DNA from: an uncultured Methylomirabilota bacterium
GTDB taxonomy: Bacteria > Methylomirabilota > Methylomirabilia > Methylomirabilales > 2-02-FULL-66-22
NCBI GenBank assembly: GCA_963705305.1
Contig: OY970067.1
Location: 4,512,001 to 4,576,000 of the forward strand
Length of the DNA stretch: 64,000 nt
Reading direction: 5' to 3'
Shown here: positions 1-8,580 of the stretch, piece by piece
Numbering within the stretch: position 1 is the first letter of the stretch
Layout: every line of letters starts with the position of its first letter
Made by a program: the position numbers and the translations under genes
The notes under the pieces: generated by a model
Seen by the model: only the letters and a program-made list of their open reading frames with translations
The model's database searches: none
What the model was told of the DNA's origin: nothing

Positions 1-368
1 TGTGCCTGATCATCCTCATCCGCGCGACCCTCCAGCGGGACCTCCCCTTTTCCACATCGGGCCGCTGGTATGTGAACACGGCCATCGCCCTGGCGTTTGT
101 GGGCGTGTTCCTGGCAAGCGTCTCCCTGGCCCTCCGGAAGCTGCCGGCGTTCGGGTCGCCGATCATGCGCGTGGCCTCCATCTATCTCCGCGACGGCTTC
201 GTCCAGACCGGCGCAACGAACCTGGTCGCCGCGGTGGTGCTGAATTACCGCGCCTATGATCGACTCGGCGAGTCGACCGCCCTGTTCACGGCCTTCATGG
301 CCGTGCTGGCGCTGCTTCGCCGCCGCGGCCGGAGGAGGGCGGGCGGCGCGGAGGGGGAAGAGGAATGA
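1..368 (+). CDS. MbhD/MbhE-like (MrpA C-terminal-like) membrane subunit, 5'-truncated by the window edge
   Basis: The frame is open from position 3 (CLIILIRATLQRD...) through the annotated GTG at 72. TGATNLVAAVVLNYRAYDRLGE resembles the MbhE/MrpA N-x-V-x-A-x-x-x-DYRxxDTLGE motif. Lies directly upstream of MnhB-G homologues. Confidence 0.75.
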   Translation, partial: CLIILIRATLQRDLPFSTSGRWYVNTAIALAFVGVFLASVSLALRKLPAFGSPIMRVASIYLRDGFVQTGATNLVAAVVLNYRAYDRLGESTALFTAFMAVLALLRRRGRRRAGGAEGEEE

Positions 369-817
369 GCCCGGAGGCCGATCGGGAGTTCTCGGTGATC
401 GTCCGCACCGTCGCCCGCAGCGTGGTGCGGGTCATGTTGATCTTCGGATTCTACATCGTTCTGCACGGACAGATCACCCATGGGGACGGCTTCGCAGGCG
501 GGGTGATCATCGCCCTGGCCTTCGTCATGCTCCTGCTGGTCTTCGGAGAGGAGATCGCCTGGAGCATCTTCTCGCGGCCCGCGGCCACCCGGCTGGGCAG
601 CCTGGGGGCCCTGGGCCTGCTGGCGATCGCCGCGCTGGGCTTCACCGGCGGCTACTTCTTCTACAACTTTCTGGGCCGGGGCCAGGCCTTCCAGTTCTGG
701 AGCGGCGGCATCATCCCCGTCTGCAACATCGCCATCGGCGTGCTGGCGAGCGCCGCCCTCTTCGGAATCTATGCCGCCCTGTCCCTGTTCACGCCCGATT
801 CGGAAAGGAAGCCCTGA
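365..817 (+). CDS. mnhB: MnhB/MrpB (MbhF-like) antiporter-module subunit
   Basis: Four hydrophobic segments; HGQITHGDGFAGG is a variant of HGHxxPGGGFxGG; C-terminal SGGIIPVCNIAIG; ATGA overlap with the previous gene. Confidence 0.85.
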   Translation: MSPEADREFSVIVRTVARSVVRVMLIFGFYIVLHGQITHGDGFAGGVIIALAFVMLLLVFGEEIAWSIFSRPAATRLGSLGALGLLAIAALGFTGGYFFYNFLGRGQAFQFWSGGIIPVCNIAIGVLASAALFGIYAALSLFTPDSERKP

Positions 818-1152
818 TGGCCTACTGGCTCTGCCTGGCCCTCTTCTGCATCGGTCTCTACGGCATCCTGCGGAAGCGCAGCCTCATCAAGATCATCATC
901 GGGATCATCATCTGCGAGTACGCCGCGAACCTCCTGTTCATCCTCATGGGGTACCGATGGGAGGGCCGCGCGCCCATCCTGGATCCCGGAGCCACCATCG
1001 AGAACATGGTGGATCCCCTGCCGCAGTCGGTCGTCCTCACCACGATCGTGATCGGCCTGGCGACCACCATCCTCCTGGTGGCGCTGGCCATGCGGCTGTA
1101 CGAGAAGTATGGCACCTTCGATATCACCAAGATCCGGGAGCTCCGGGGATGA
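817..1152 (+). CDS. mnhC: MnhC/MrpC (MbhG, NuoK-like) subunit
   Basis: ATG at 817 overlaps the TGA of mnhB; IGLYG..LIKIIIG and DPLPQSVVLTTIVIG motifs. Confidence 0.9.
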   Translation: MAYWLCLALFCIGLYGILRKRSLIKIIIGIIICEYAANLLFILMGYRWEGRAPILDPGATIENMVDPLPQSVVLTTIVIGLATTILLVALAMRLYEKYGTFDITKIRELRG

Positions 1153-2648
1153 GCGAATCCAGCCTGCTCCCCTTCTTCGTCGCCACCCCGCTGGCGGGAG
1201 CCTTCCTGGCCGCCCTGCTGGGAAGAACCTGGAGGCGCCTGCCGGAGCGCCTGGCGGTCCTGCTGTCCGGCGCCCTGTTCCTGCTGTCGCTCGTGCTGCT
1301 GCGGGCCTCCCTGGCCCGCGGGCCGCTCGTCCACTTCCTGGGCGGCTGGAAGCCCCCCGCGGGGATCCTCATGGTCGGCGACGGCCTGACCGCGTTCATG
1401 CTCGTCACGGTGTACGGGGTGGCGTCCTGCATCGCCCTCTTCTCGCTCTCCTACATGCGGCAGTACACCAGCCCCTGGCTGTTCTACACCCTGTTCCTGC
1501 TGATCCTGGCCGGGATGAGCGGGGTGCTCGTGACCGGGGACCTGTTCGACCTCTTCGTGTATCTGGAGGTCACCTCGCTCGCCGCGTGCGCGCTGGTGGG
1601 GTTCGGGACGGAGCGCCACGAGCTGGAGGCGGCGTTCAAGTACGGCGTGATGAACACCGTGGGCGCCCTCTTCATTCTCCTCGGGATCGCCTTTCTGTAC
1701 GGATACGCATCCACGCTCAACCTGGCCGACCTGGCCCGGACCTTGGCCGCCAAGGGCGGCGGCGGCCCGGTGATCCCGCTGGTGAGCGTGCTCTTCCTGG
1801 TCGGCTTCGGCCTGAAGGGGGCAATCGTTCCCTTCCACGGGTGGCTGCCGGACGCGCACCCGTCGGCGCCCGCCCCCATCTCGGCCATGCTCTCGGGGCT
1901 CATCATCAAGTGCCTCGGTGTGTATGCCCTGTTCCGAATCCTGTTCTGCGTGCTGGGCATGACGCCGATGTTGGCCGCCGTCCTGATGGGGCTCGGGACC
2001 CTGTCCATGCTGGTGGGGGTCCTGCTCGCCGTCGGCCAGTGGGACCTGAAGCGGCTGTTGGCCTACCACTCGATCAGCCAGATCGGGTACGTGATCCTGG
2101 GCGTCGGGTTGGGCACCCCCCTCGGAATCGTGGGAGGGCTGTACCATCTCTTCAACCACGCGGTCTTCAAGTCGCTCCTCTTCCTGAACTCGGGCGCCCT
2201 CGAATACGCCACCGGAACCCGGGACTTGCAGGAGATGGGGGGGCTGTCGACCCGTATGCCCGTGACCACAACGACCAATCTCGTCGCCTCGATGTCCATC
2301 GCAGGCATCCCCCCCTTCAACGGCTTCTGGAGCAAGCTGCTGATCATCGTCGCCGCCGTGCAGGCCGACCGGTACGGGTATGCGGCCGCCGCCGTGGTGG
2401 CCAGCATCCTGACCCTGGCATCCTTCGCCAAGGTGATGAAATACGCCTATCGCGGCGACCTGAGAGAGCGGTGGAACGGCGTGCAGGAAGTCCCCCGTCC
2501 CATGCAGTGGGCGATGGCGGCGCTCGCGGTGGTGTGCCTGGCGGGAGGACTCCTGCTCCTCCCCGCCCTGCGCGAGCTCTTCCTCCATCCGGCGGCGAAG
2601 GTGCTCCTCAACGGCACCGCCTACGCCAGGCTCGTCGGAGGGATCTGA
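1149..2648 (+). CDS. mnhD: MnhD/MrpD (MbhH) proton-translocating antiporter-like subunit
   Basis: ATGA overlap at 1149; DLFDLFVYLE, LKGAIVPFHGWLPDAHPSAP, DLKRLLAYHSISQIG and PPFNGFWSK motifs. Confidence 0.9.
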   Translation: MSESSLLPFFVATPLAGAFLAALLGRTWRRLPERLAVLLSGALFLLSLVLLRASLARGPLVHFLGGWKPPAGILMVGDGLTAFMLVTVYGVASCIALFSLSYMRQYTSPWLFYTLFLLILAGMSGVLVTGDLFDLFVYLEVTSLAACALVGFGTERHELEAAFKYGVMNTVGALFILLGIAFLYGYASTLNLADLARTLAAKGGGGPVIPLVSVLFLVGFGLKGAIVPFHGWLPDAHPSAPAPISAMLSGLIIKCLGVYALFRILFCVLGMTPMLAAVLMGLGTLSMLVGVLLAVGQWDLKRLLAYHSISQIGYVILGVGLGTPLGIVGGLYHLFNHAVFKSLLFLNSGALEYATGTRDLQEMGGLSTRMPVTTTTNLVASMSIAGIPPFNGFWSKLLIIVAAVQADRYGYAAAAVVASILTLASFAKVMKYAYRGDLRERWNGVQEVPRPMQWAMAALAVVCLAGGLLLLPALRELFLHPAAKVLLNGTAYARLVGGI

Positions 2649-2649
2649 C

Positions 2650-3153
2650 ATGCTGAGACGGCACGCCGGGCCGACCGTCGTCTGTTATGCCATCTGGTGC
2701 GTGCTGAATTGGCCGCCGGGCTGGCAGTCCCTGATCCTGGGACTTCCGGTCACGGCCCTGGTCGCCTGGCTGACCTGCGGCCTTCCGGCTGCGGCCTCCG
2801 GCCCGGCCCTGCTTCGGCCGGCGCGCCTGTGGTACTTCTGCGCCTGGTATCTTCCCGTCTACTGGTGGGAGTGTCTCAAGGCCAATCTGGATGTGGCCTA
2901 CCGCGTGCTTCACCCAGCCCTGCCCATCTGTCCGGCGGTGGTTCGCGTCCAGACCGGACTGCACTCCGACGTGGCCCTGACGATGCTGGCCAATACCATC
3001 TCGCTGACCCCCGGGACAACGTCCGTGGACGTCGACCAGGCGAGGGGAATTCTCTACGTGCACTGCATGGCCGTCTCGCCCGCCCAGATCGATCGGGACG
3101 CCGCGATCATCGTCGGCCGCTTTGCCCGGATCCTGCGCAGGGTCTTCGAGTAG
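2650..3153 (+). CDS. mnhE: MnhE/MrpE (MbhA) subunit
   Basis: KANLDVAYRVLHP and LANTISLTPGT motifs. Confidence 0.9.
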   Translation: MLRRHAGPTVVCYAIWCVLNWPPGWQSLILGLPVTALVAWLTCGLPAAASGPALLRPARLWYFCAWYLPVYWWECLKANLDVAYRVLHPALPICPAVVRVQTGLHSDVALTMLANTISLTPGTTSVDVDQARGILYVHCMAVSPAQIDRDAAIIVGRFARILRRVFE

Positions 3154-3165
3154 GAGGGAGACGCG

Positions 3166-3534
3166 GTGGAACGCTGGAGATGGCTGATCGGGGCTGCGGC
3201 CCTGGCGTGGGCCTTGATCGTGATCCTGTGGTGGCCGCTCCCCTTCCTGTTCTACCCGAGGCTCCCATTCGTGGCCCTCTTCGGCCGCGCCCTCTACATC
3301 CTGGTCCTGGCCTCCCTGCTGTGTCTCTACCGGGTGGCCCGCGGACCCACCAGCGCGGACCGGATCGTGGCGGTCGACCTGTTGGGCGTGATGATCATCG
3401 GGTTGTGCGCGGTGCTGACCATCACCACCCGCCGCAGCTGGTACCTGGACATCGGCCTGGCCTGGGCGCTGCAGAGCTTCATCACCGTGCTGGCGCTCAG
3501 CAAGTTTCTGGAGGGCAGGAATCGTGATGCGTGA
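3166..3534 (+). CDS. mnhF: MnhF/MrpF (MbhB) subunit with an N-terminal hydrophobic extension
   Basis: RVARGPTSADRIVAVD and YLDIGL motifs; SD GGAGGGAG before the GTG. Confidence 0.85.
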   Translation: MERWRWLIGAAALAWALIVILWWPLPFLFYPRLPFVALFGRALYILVLASLLCLYRVARGPTSADRIVAVDLLGVMIIGLCAVLTITTRRSWYLDIGLAWALQSFITVLALSKFLEGRNRDA

Positions 3535-3871
3535 ATGGGCGGGACTCCTGTTCGTCGGCCTGGGACTGGCCTTCGACCTCTTCGGCTGCATTGGGCTGAT
3601 CCGCCTGCCGGACGTGTACCTCCGACTCCAGGCCGCCACCAAGTGCATCACGTTGGGGACCTGCAGCATCCTGTTCGGGACGTTCCTGATCATGGGCTTC
3701 ACGGCCGGGGGGATCAAGGCCCTCCTGTGCATCTGTGTCATTGCCCTGACCAACCCGGTGGCCGCTCACGTCATCGCCCGCAGCGCCCATCGGGCCGGCA
3801 TCGCATTCTGGAAGGGAACGCTGGCGGACCAGTACGCAGAGGATCGAGGGAAGCGGCGTGAAGTGGCCTAA
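3527..3871 (+). CDS. mnhG: MnhG/MrpG (MbhC) subunit
   Basis: GLIRLPDVYLRLQAATKCITLG and TNPVAAHVIARSA motifs. Confidence 0.9.
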   Translation: MREWAGLLFVGLGLAFDLFGCIGLIRLPDVYLRLQAATKCITLGTCSILFGTFLIMGFTAGGIKALLCICVIALTNPVAAHVIARSAHRAGIAFWKGTLADQYAEDRGKRREVA

Positions 3872-4469
3872 GCTTCGAGAGCTTCGAGAGGCAGTCAGGG
3901 CGCTGGCGACGGGACCCTATACCTCTTCCTTCCCAGCCGTACCGCACCACCCGCACCCGAACTTCCGGGGCCGGTACACCTTCAACGAAGAGGCGTGCGT
4001 GGGCTGCCTGGCCTGTCAGGAGGTCTGCCCGGTGGGCGCCATCGCGCACGAGGACCGGGTGGAGGGAAAAGGAGCCGCGCGGACCCTGATCCATTACTCC
4101 GACACCTGCATCCTCTGTGGCGAGTGCGAAGCCCACTGCATCGCCGATCACGCGGGCATCCGGACGTCCAGCGAATGGGAGCTCTCCTTCTTCGATCGGA
4201 AGACCCAGTCGTTCGAGACGATCCGAAAGGAGCTCCAGCTCTGCGAGATCTGCGGCGCCGTGATCGCCGCCAAGGACCATCTGCGGTGGCTGGCGGAGCG
4301 ACTGGGCGAGCTCGCCTATTCCAGCCCGACGCTGTACCAGTCCCACCTCCAGCATCTCGGCCTGATCGACGGCAACCTGGTCGCCGCGTGCCGGGACGCG
4401 GCGCGCTCGGATCGGATGAAGATCCTGTGCGCGCCCTGCCGGCGGGCGACCACGCTCGTCGCGGACTGA
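3858..4469 (+). CDS. NuoI/MbhN-like 2x[4Fe-4S] subunit
   Basis: GPYT..FP..FRG N-terminus; CVGCLACQEVCP and CILCGECEAHC; extra CEIC...CAPC cysteines at the C-terminus. Confidence 0.85.
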   Translation: MKWPKLRELREAVRALATGPYTSSFPAVPHHPHPNFRGRYTFNEEACVGCLACQEVCPVGAIAHEDRVEGKGAARTLIHYSDTCILCGECEAHCIADHAGIRTSSEWELSFFDRKTQSFETIRKELQLCEICGAVIAAKDHLRWLAERLGELAYSSPTLYQSHLQHLGLIDGNLVAACRDAARSDRMKILCAPCRRATTLVAD

Positions 4470-4930
4470 TGCAACCCTCCTGGATCCGCCTCCTGCGCGG
4501 CAGGGTCGTCCTGGCGGGCATCGGCAACCCGCTGCGGGGGGACGATGCCGCCGGGCCCCGCCTCATCGAGCGGCTGCAGGGCCGCGTGCGGGCCGCCTGC
4601 GTGGACGCCGGCCCCGCCCCGGAAAACTATGCCGGCCGGATCACGCGGGAGGATCCGGATACAATTGTTCTCGTCGATGCGGTTCATTTGAACCAGGCAC
4701 CGGGTGCGTACGCCCTGCTGGAGCCGCTCGACATCCTGAAGGGCGGGCTCAGCACGCACGACCTCTCCCCTCGGCTGCTCATCGATTACCTCCGCAGACA
4801 CAGCCGGGCCCGCATCTACCTGCTGGGGATCCAGCCGCAAAACCTATCGCTGGGCGCCGATCTGTCCGAGCCGGTCCAGAGGGCCGTGGACGAGCTGGCG
4901 ACTTGCCTGGGCGCAGCGCTCTGCCCCTGA
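4469..4930 (+). CDS. HycI-type hydrogenase maturation protease
   Basis: GIGNPLRGDDAAG, PEN, VDAV, STH and LGIQP motifs; TGATG overlap. Confidence 0.9.
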   Translation: MQPSWIRLLRGRVVLAGIGNPLRGDDAAGPRLIERLQGRVRAACVDAGPAPENYAGRITREDPDTIVLVDAVHLNQAPGAYALLEPLDILKGGLSTHDLSPRLLIDYLRRHSRARIYLLGIQPQNLSLGADLSEPVQRAVDELATCLGAALCP

Positions 4931-5093
4931 AAGGCTGGCCCTCCGAGCCGTCCTTTCGCCCGCTGCTCTTTGGAAGCAATCCTCCCGGGTGCCCCAAACC
5001 GCTTGCGAGCTGCCACTGCCCCTTCCCACTCCGATCCTGGCGGCGCCGTGCCGGCATCACCGAATGCGGCACTCTTGTGAAATATGGAGCAAA

Positions 5094-5238
5094 TGTGAGA
5101 CATAAAACCCCACATCATCGGCCACGAACATCCAACGAAACGCTCTAAATATTATTTTCTAACCTATTGATTATTAAGCAAATATACCATATTAGCATCG
5201 ATCTTCAGCGCCCGAGGCCGAGTTGGTTCCAAACTTGC
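5094..5238 (+). promoter_or_regulatory. Putative sigma54 promoter with IHF site and candidate upstream activator dyad
   Basis: TGGTTCCAAACTTGC at 5224-5238 (GG-N10-GC, TTGC). TAACCTATTGATT at 5160-5172 is an exact reverse complement of the IHF consensus WATCAANNNNTTR, inside an AT-rich tract. Dyad TGTGAG-N9-CCCACA at 5094-5114. Confidence 0.6.
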
Positions 5239-5479
5239 CATGTCTTGTCTGGGAGATGCGGTAGCCGAAAACGGTATAGCCGCCCTCGCCGAGCCCCTGA
5301 AGCGCCTTCCTCATGATCGGCGGGAAGGCTCGGGGCTGGGGGGCCAGGGGAATCTCGCGGCCCCCAGCTGAGTCGCCCTGCCCGATTCCCAGGGTACCAC
5401 TGGCTCGATCACAGCTGGGCGATGGCCCAGGGCCGACGTCCGGCCGCGGGGATACGCCTGTGCGGAGGAGGAAGACGGG

Positions 5480-7510
5480 ATGCCCCACACGCTGACCACC
5501 TGCACCTTCTGTGGTGTGGGCTGTGGGATTTACCTCGAGACGGCCGGGAACAAGATCACGGGGGCGTATCCGAGCATGTCCCATCCGACCAACCAGGGGC
5601 GCATCTGCGTCCGCGGCTGGCACGTGAACGAGGTGGCCAGCGCTCCCGACCGGCCCCTGCGCCCCCTGCTCCGCCGCAACGGGGATTTCCAGGAGGTCGG
5701 CTGGGATGAGGCCTTGGGCTTCCTGGCCGACCGTTTGCGGAAGATTCGCGACCGCCACGGCCCCAACGCCATCGGCTTTCTGAACTCGCCGCGCAGCGGC
5801 AACGAGGAGAGTTACCTGCTCCAGAAGCTTGCCCGTGCGCTGATCGGAACGAACAACCTGGACCACGGGATGGGGGTCTACCGGCACAACAGCATCGAGG
5901 TCCTGCTGGCGATGCTGGGGGTACCGGCCACGACCAACTCGATCGGCGAGCTGGCCAAGAGCGAGGTGATCATCGTCAACGGGGTGGACCTGGGCCTGCA
6001 GCTTCCCACCGTCGGGGGAATCGTGATGCGGGCCAAGCTCAGGGGGGCGCGCCTCATCGTGATCGACCCCCGGCGGCATCGCATCGCGGAGCACGCCGAC
6101 TACTTCCTGCAGGTGCGGCCCGGCGGCGACACCCTGCTGTACGGGGCCATGGCCAAGGTGATCGTGGACCGGGGGCTCATGAACGCCAAGTTCATCAAGG
6201 CCCACTGCCGCCAGTACGAGCCGTTCCTGGAGCGCGTGCACGCCTACGACCTCCAGTGGGTCGCCGACACCTGCGGCGTCGCCCCGGGGTTGATCGAGGA
6301 GGCGGCCCTCACCTACGCCCGGGCCCACTCGGCCGCCATCCTGTTCTCCACCGGGGTCGAGGCCCGGGGGGACGAGGGGATCCAGGCGCTGGTCAACCTG
6401 GCCCTCCTGACGGGCAATATCGGGAAGGAGGGCTCCGGCATCTTCGCCCTGGCGGAGCACAACAATCTCCAGGGCGTGTGCGACATGGGCATGCTGCCCA
6501 ACCGGCTGCCCGGCTACAAACCCGTGACCGACCCCGAGGCGCGCCGGGAGTTCGAGCTGCTGTGGGGGGCAACGCTGCCGGCCGAGCCCGGAAAGGACGC
6601 CGACCGCCTGCTGGGCGACTGGGGCAACGGCGACGGGAAGGCTCTCTGGGTGTGCCGGCACGACCCCGTCATGGCCGCCTCGCTGGATGCCGCGACCGCC
6701 CTCCGGCAATTTGAGCTGGTGGTGGTGCAGCATCCCTTCCTGACGGAGACCGCCAAGTACGCCCACGTCTTCCTGCCGGCGGCCGCCTTCGGGGAGGAGC
6801 AGGTCACCTTCACCAATACCGAGCGGCGCATCCAGCTGGCCGAGAAGGCGGTCGACCCTCCCGCCGGCCTGACCCCCGCCTGGTGGCAGATCGCGCGCCT
6901 GGCCAACGCCCTGGGGGCATCCTGGAACTACCTGTCGGCCGCGGAGGTCATGGCGGAGATCGCCCGCGTCGTCCCGGCCTACCAGGGCGCCACATACGAC
7001 AATCTGGCCCGGGATTACGGCCGGCAGTGGCCGTGCACCAAGGAGAAGCTGCTGGGGACCCGGTTCCTGTTCGAGGAGGGGATCCAGGACCGCCCCTTCG
7101 CCTTCGCCCCGCTGAACCGGCCCGGTCCGGCGCCCTGTGTCTCCGAGGCATTTCCCTTCGCCCTGTCCTTCGGCAACTCGCTGTACTACTGGCACCACAA
7201 CGTCCTGGTGCAGCACAGCGAGACGCTCAAGCGGGAGTACCAGATCCTGCTGCTCGATTACCCCGAAGGCTTCGTGGACATCAACACGGAGGACGCCCGG
7301 CGCCTGAGCATCCGCGACGGGGCCAAGGTGCGCCTGATATCCGTGACCGGCTCCGCCACCACCACGGCCCGCGTCACCCCCGAGGTGAAGCCGGGCATGA
7401 TCTTCGTCCCGTACTTCCTGCGCGAGGTGCGCCAGCAAATCCTCGGCGAGGCGGGCCGCAGACGCGGCAGCAGCCGGCTGCCGGCCTGCGTGCGCCTGGA
7501 GAGGATGTGA
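5480..7510 (+). CDS. FdhF/NuoG-like molybdopterin-oxidoreductase-fold protein with an N-terminal [4Fe-4S] motif but lacking formate dehydrogenase catalytic residues
   Basis: CTFCGVGC...C cluster motif; GTNNLDH, NNLQGVCDMG and TFTNTERRIQ are FdhF family motifs; no Cys/Sec at the metal-ligand position (GVYRH). SD GGAGGAGG. Confidence 0.85.
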   Translation: MPHTLTTCTFCGVGCGIYLETAGNKITGAYPSMSHPTNQGRICVRGWHVNEVASAPDRPLRPLLRRNGDFQEVGWDEALGFLADRLRKIRDRHGPNAIGFLNSPRSGNEESYLLQKLARALIGTNNLDHGMGVYRHNSIEVLLAMLGVPATTNSIGELAKSEVIIVNGVDLGLQLPTVGGIVMRAKLRGARLIVIDPRRHRIAEHADYFLQVRPGGDTLLYGAMAKVIVDRGLMNAKFIKAHCRQYEPFLERVHAYDLQWVADTCGVAPGLIEEAALTYARAHSAAILFSTGVEARGDEGIQALVNLALLTGNIGKEGSGIFALAEHNNLQGVCDMGMLPNRLPGYKPVTDPEARREFELLWGATLPAEPGKDADRLLGDWGNGDGKALWVCRHDPVMAASLDAATALRQFELVVVQHPFLTETAKYAHVFLPAAAFGEEQVTFTNTERRIQLAEKAVDPPAGLTPAWWQIARLANALGASWNYLSAAEVMAEIARVVPAYQGATYDNLARDYGRQWPCTKEKLLGTRFLFEEGIQDRPFAFAPLNRPGPAPCVSEAFPFALSFGNSLYYWHHNVLVQHSETLKREYQILLLDYPEGFVDINTEDARRLSIRDGAKVRLISVTGSATTTARVTPEVKPGMIFVPYFLREVRQQILGEAGRRRGSSRLPACVRLERM

Positions 7511-7512
7511 GC

Positions 7513-8580
7513 ATGCGGGCACGTGTCATCGGCAAGGCCGACATCCCGGGGCTGCTGGATCTGCTCCGCGAGGAGTACGAGGTCATCGCCCCCTTCTACG
7601 GCCGCGGACGGGACACCTACTTCGACACGGTCACGGATGCGAACCGCGACCGGGTCCAGATCCACGTTCCCAATCCCTACTACCCGCCCAAGCGGTACGT
7701 CTTCCCCCACCTGGAGCAACTGCTCACGGTGGAGATGGACGGCCGGCTGCGCATCGAGCCGACCCAGGACGCCCCCAAGCGGGCGCTCTTCGGCATCCGC
7801 TCCTGCGACACCGCCGGCATCTACCACCTCGACCGGTTCTACCTCGGCCGGGACTACCGGGACGTCTACTACGAGCGCTTGCGGCGCAACCTCTTCCTGG
7901 TCAACGTCGTCTGCACCGACCCGGATCTGGACATCGATGACGACTGCTTCTGCGTCTGCGCCGACACCGGGCCGGCGGCCCGCGACCACTTCGACCTCCA
8001 GCTCATGGACCTGGGCGACGAGCTTCTGGCGGTCGCCGGATCGCCGCAGGGGGAGGCCCTCTTCGCGCACGCCATCTTCCGGCAGGGCACGCCGGCCCAC
8101 GTGGCCAGGCGGCGCGAGATCCTGACCAACGTCCGGAAGCGGTTCAAGCTGGCGACCAGCTGGTACGCGGGCACCGTCCGCTACATCACCACGGACCGCG
8201 TGGCCGACACCACCTGGCAAGGGATCGGCAACCGCTGCCTCGAGTGCGGCGGGTGCAGCTACATGTGCCCGACCTGCACCTGCTTCACCGTCACGGAGCG
8301 CCGCACCGGCCCCTCCACGGTGGAGCGGGTGCGCCTGTGGGATTCGTGCGCCCTGGGTGGATTTACCCGCATGGCCGGCGGGTTCAATCCGCGGCGCGCC
8401 GCCCACGACCGCCGCAACCGTCGCTTCTTCCGAAAGCTGGCCCACTATTTCATCCAGCGGGAGCTGTCGGTGGCCTGTGTGGGGTGCGGGCGCTGTGTGG
8501 AGGTCTGCCACGGGGACATCGGGATGCCCAACGTCGTCGAGACGATTCGGCGGGCCAGCGCGGAGAGCGAGACATCATGA
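7513..8580 (+). CDS. AsrA/HydB (sulfhydrogenase beta)-like Fe-S protein
   Basis: PPKRYVFP, FGIRSCD, CFC, CLECGGCSYMCPTCTCF, RLWDSC and CVGCGRCVEVC motifs. Confidence 0.85.
   Translation: MRARVIGKADIPGLLDLLREEYEVIAPFYGRGRDTYFDTVTDANRDRVQIHVPNPYYPPKRYVFPHLEQLLTVEMDGRLRIEPTQDAPKRALFGIRSCDTAGIYHLDRFYLGRDYRDVYYERLRRNLFLVNVVCTDPDLDIDDDCFCVCADTGPAARDHFDLQLMDLGDELLAVAGSPQGEALFAHAIFRQGTPAHVARRREILTNVRKRFKLATSWYAGTVRYITTDRVADTTWQGIGNRCLECGGCSYMCPTCTCFTVTERRTGPSTVERVRLWDSCALGGFTRMAGGFNPRRAAHDRRNRRFFRKLAHYFIQRELSVACVGCGRCVEVCHGDIGMPNVVETIRRASAESETS

Noticed and set aside
5075..5092. Possible Rex operator TTGTGAAATATGGAGCAA
   Set aside because: Only the left half matches TTGTGAA-N4-TTCACAA; too weak without a PWM scan.
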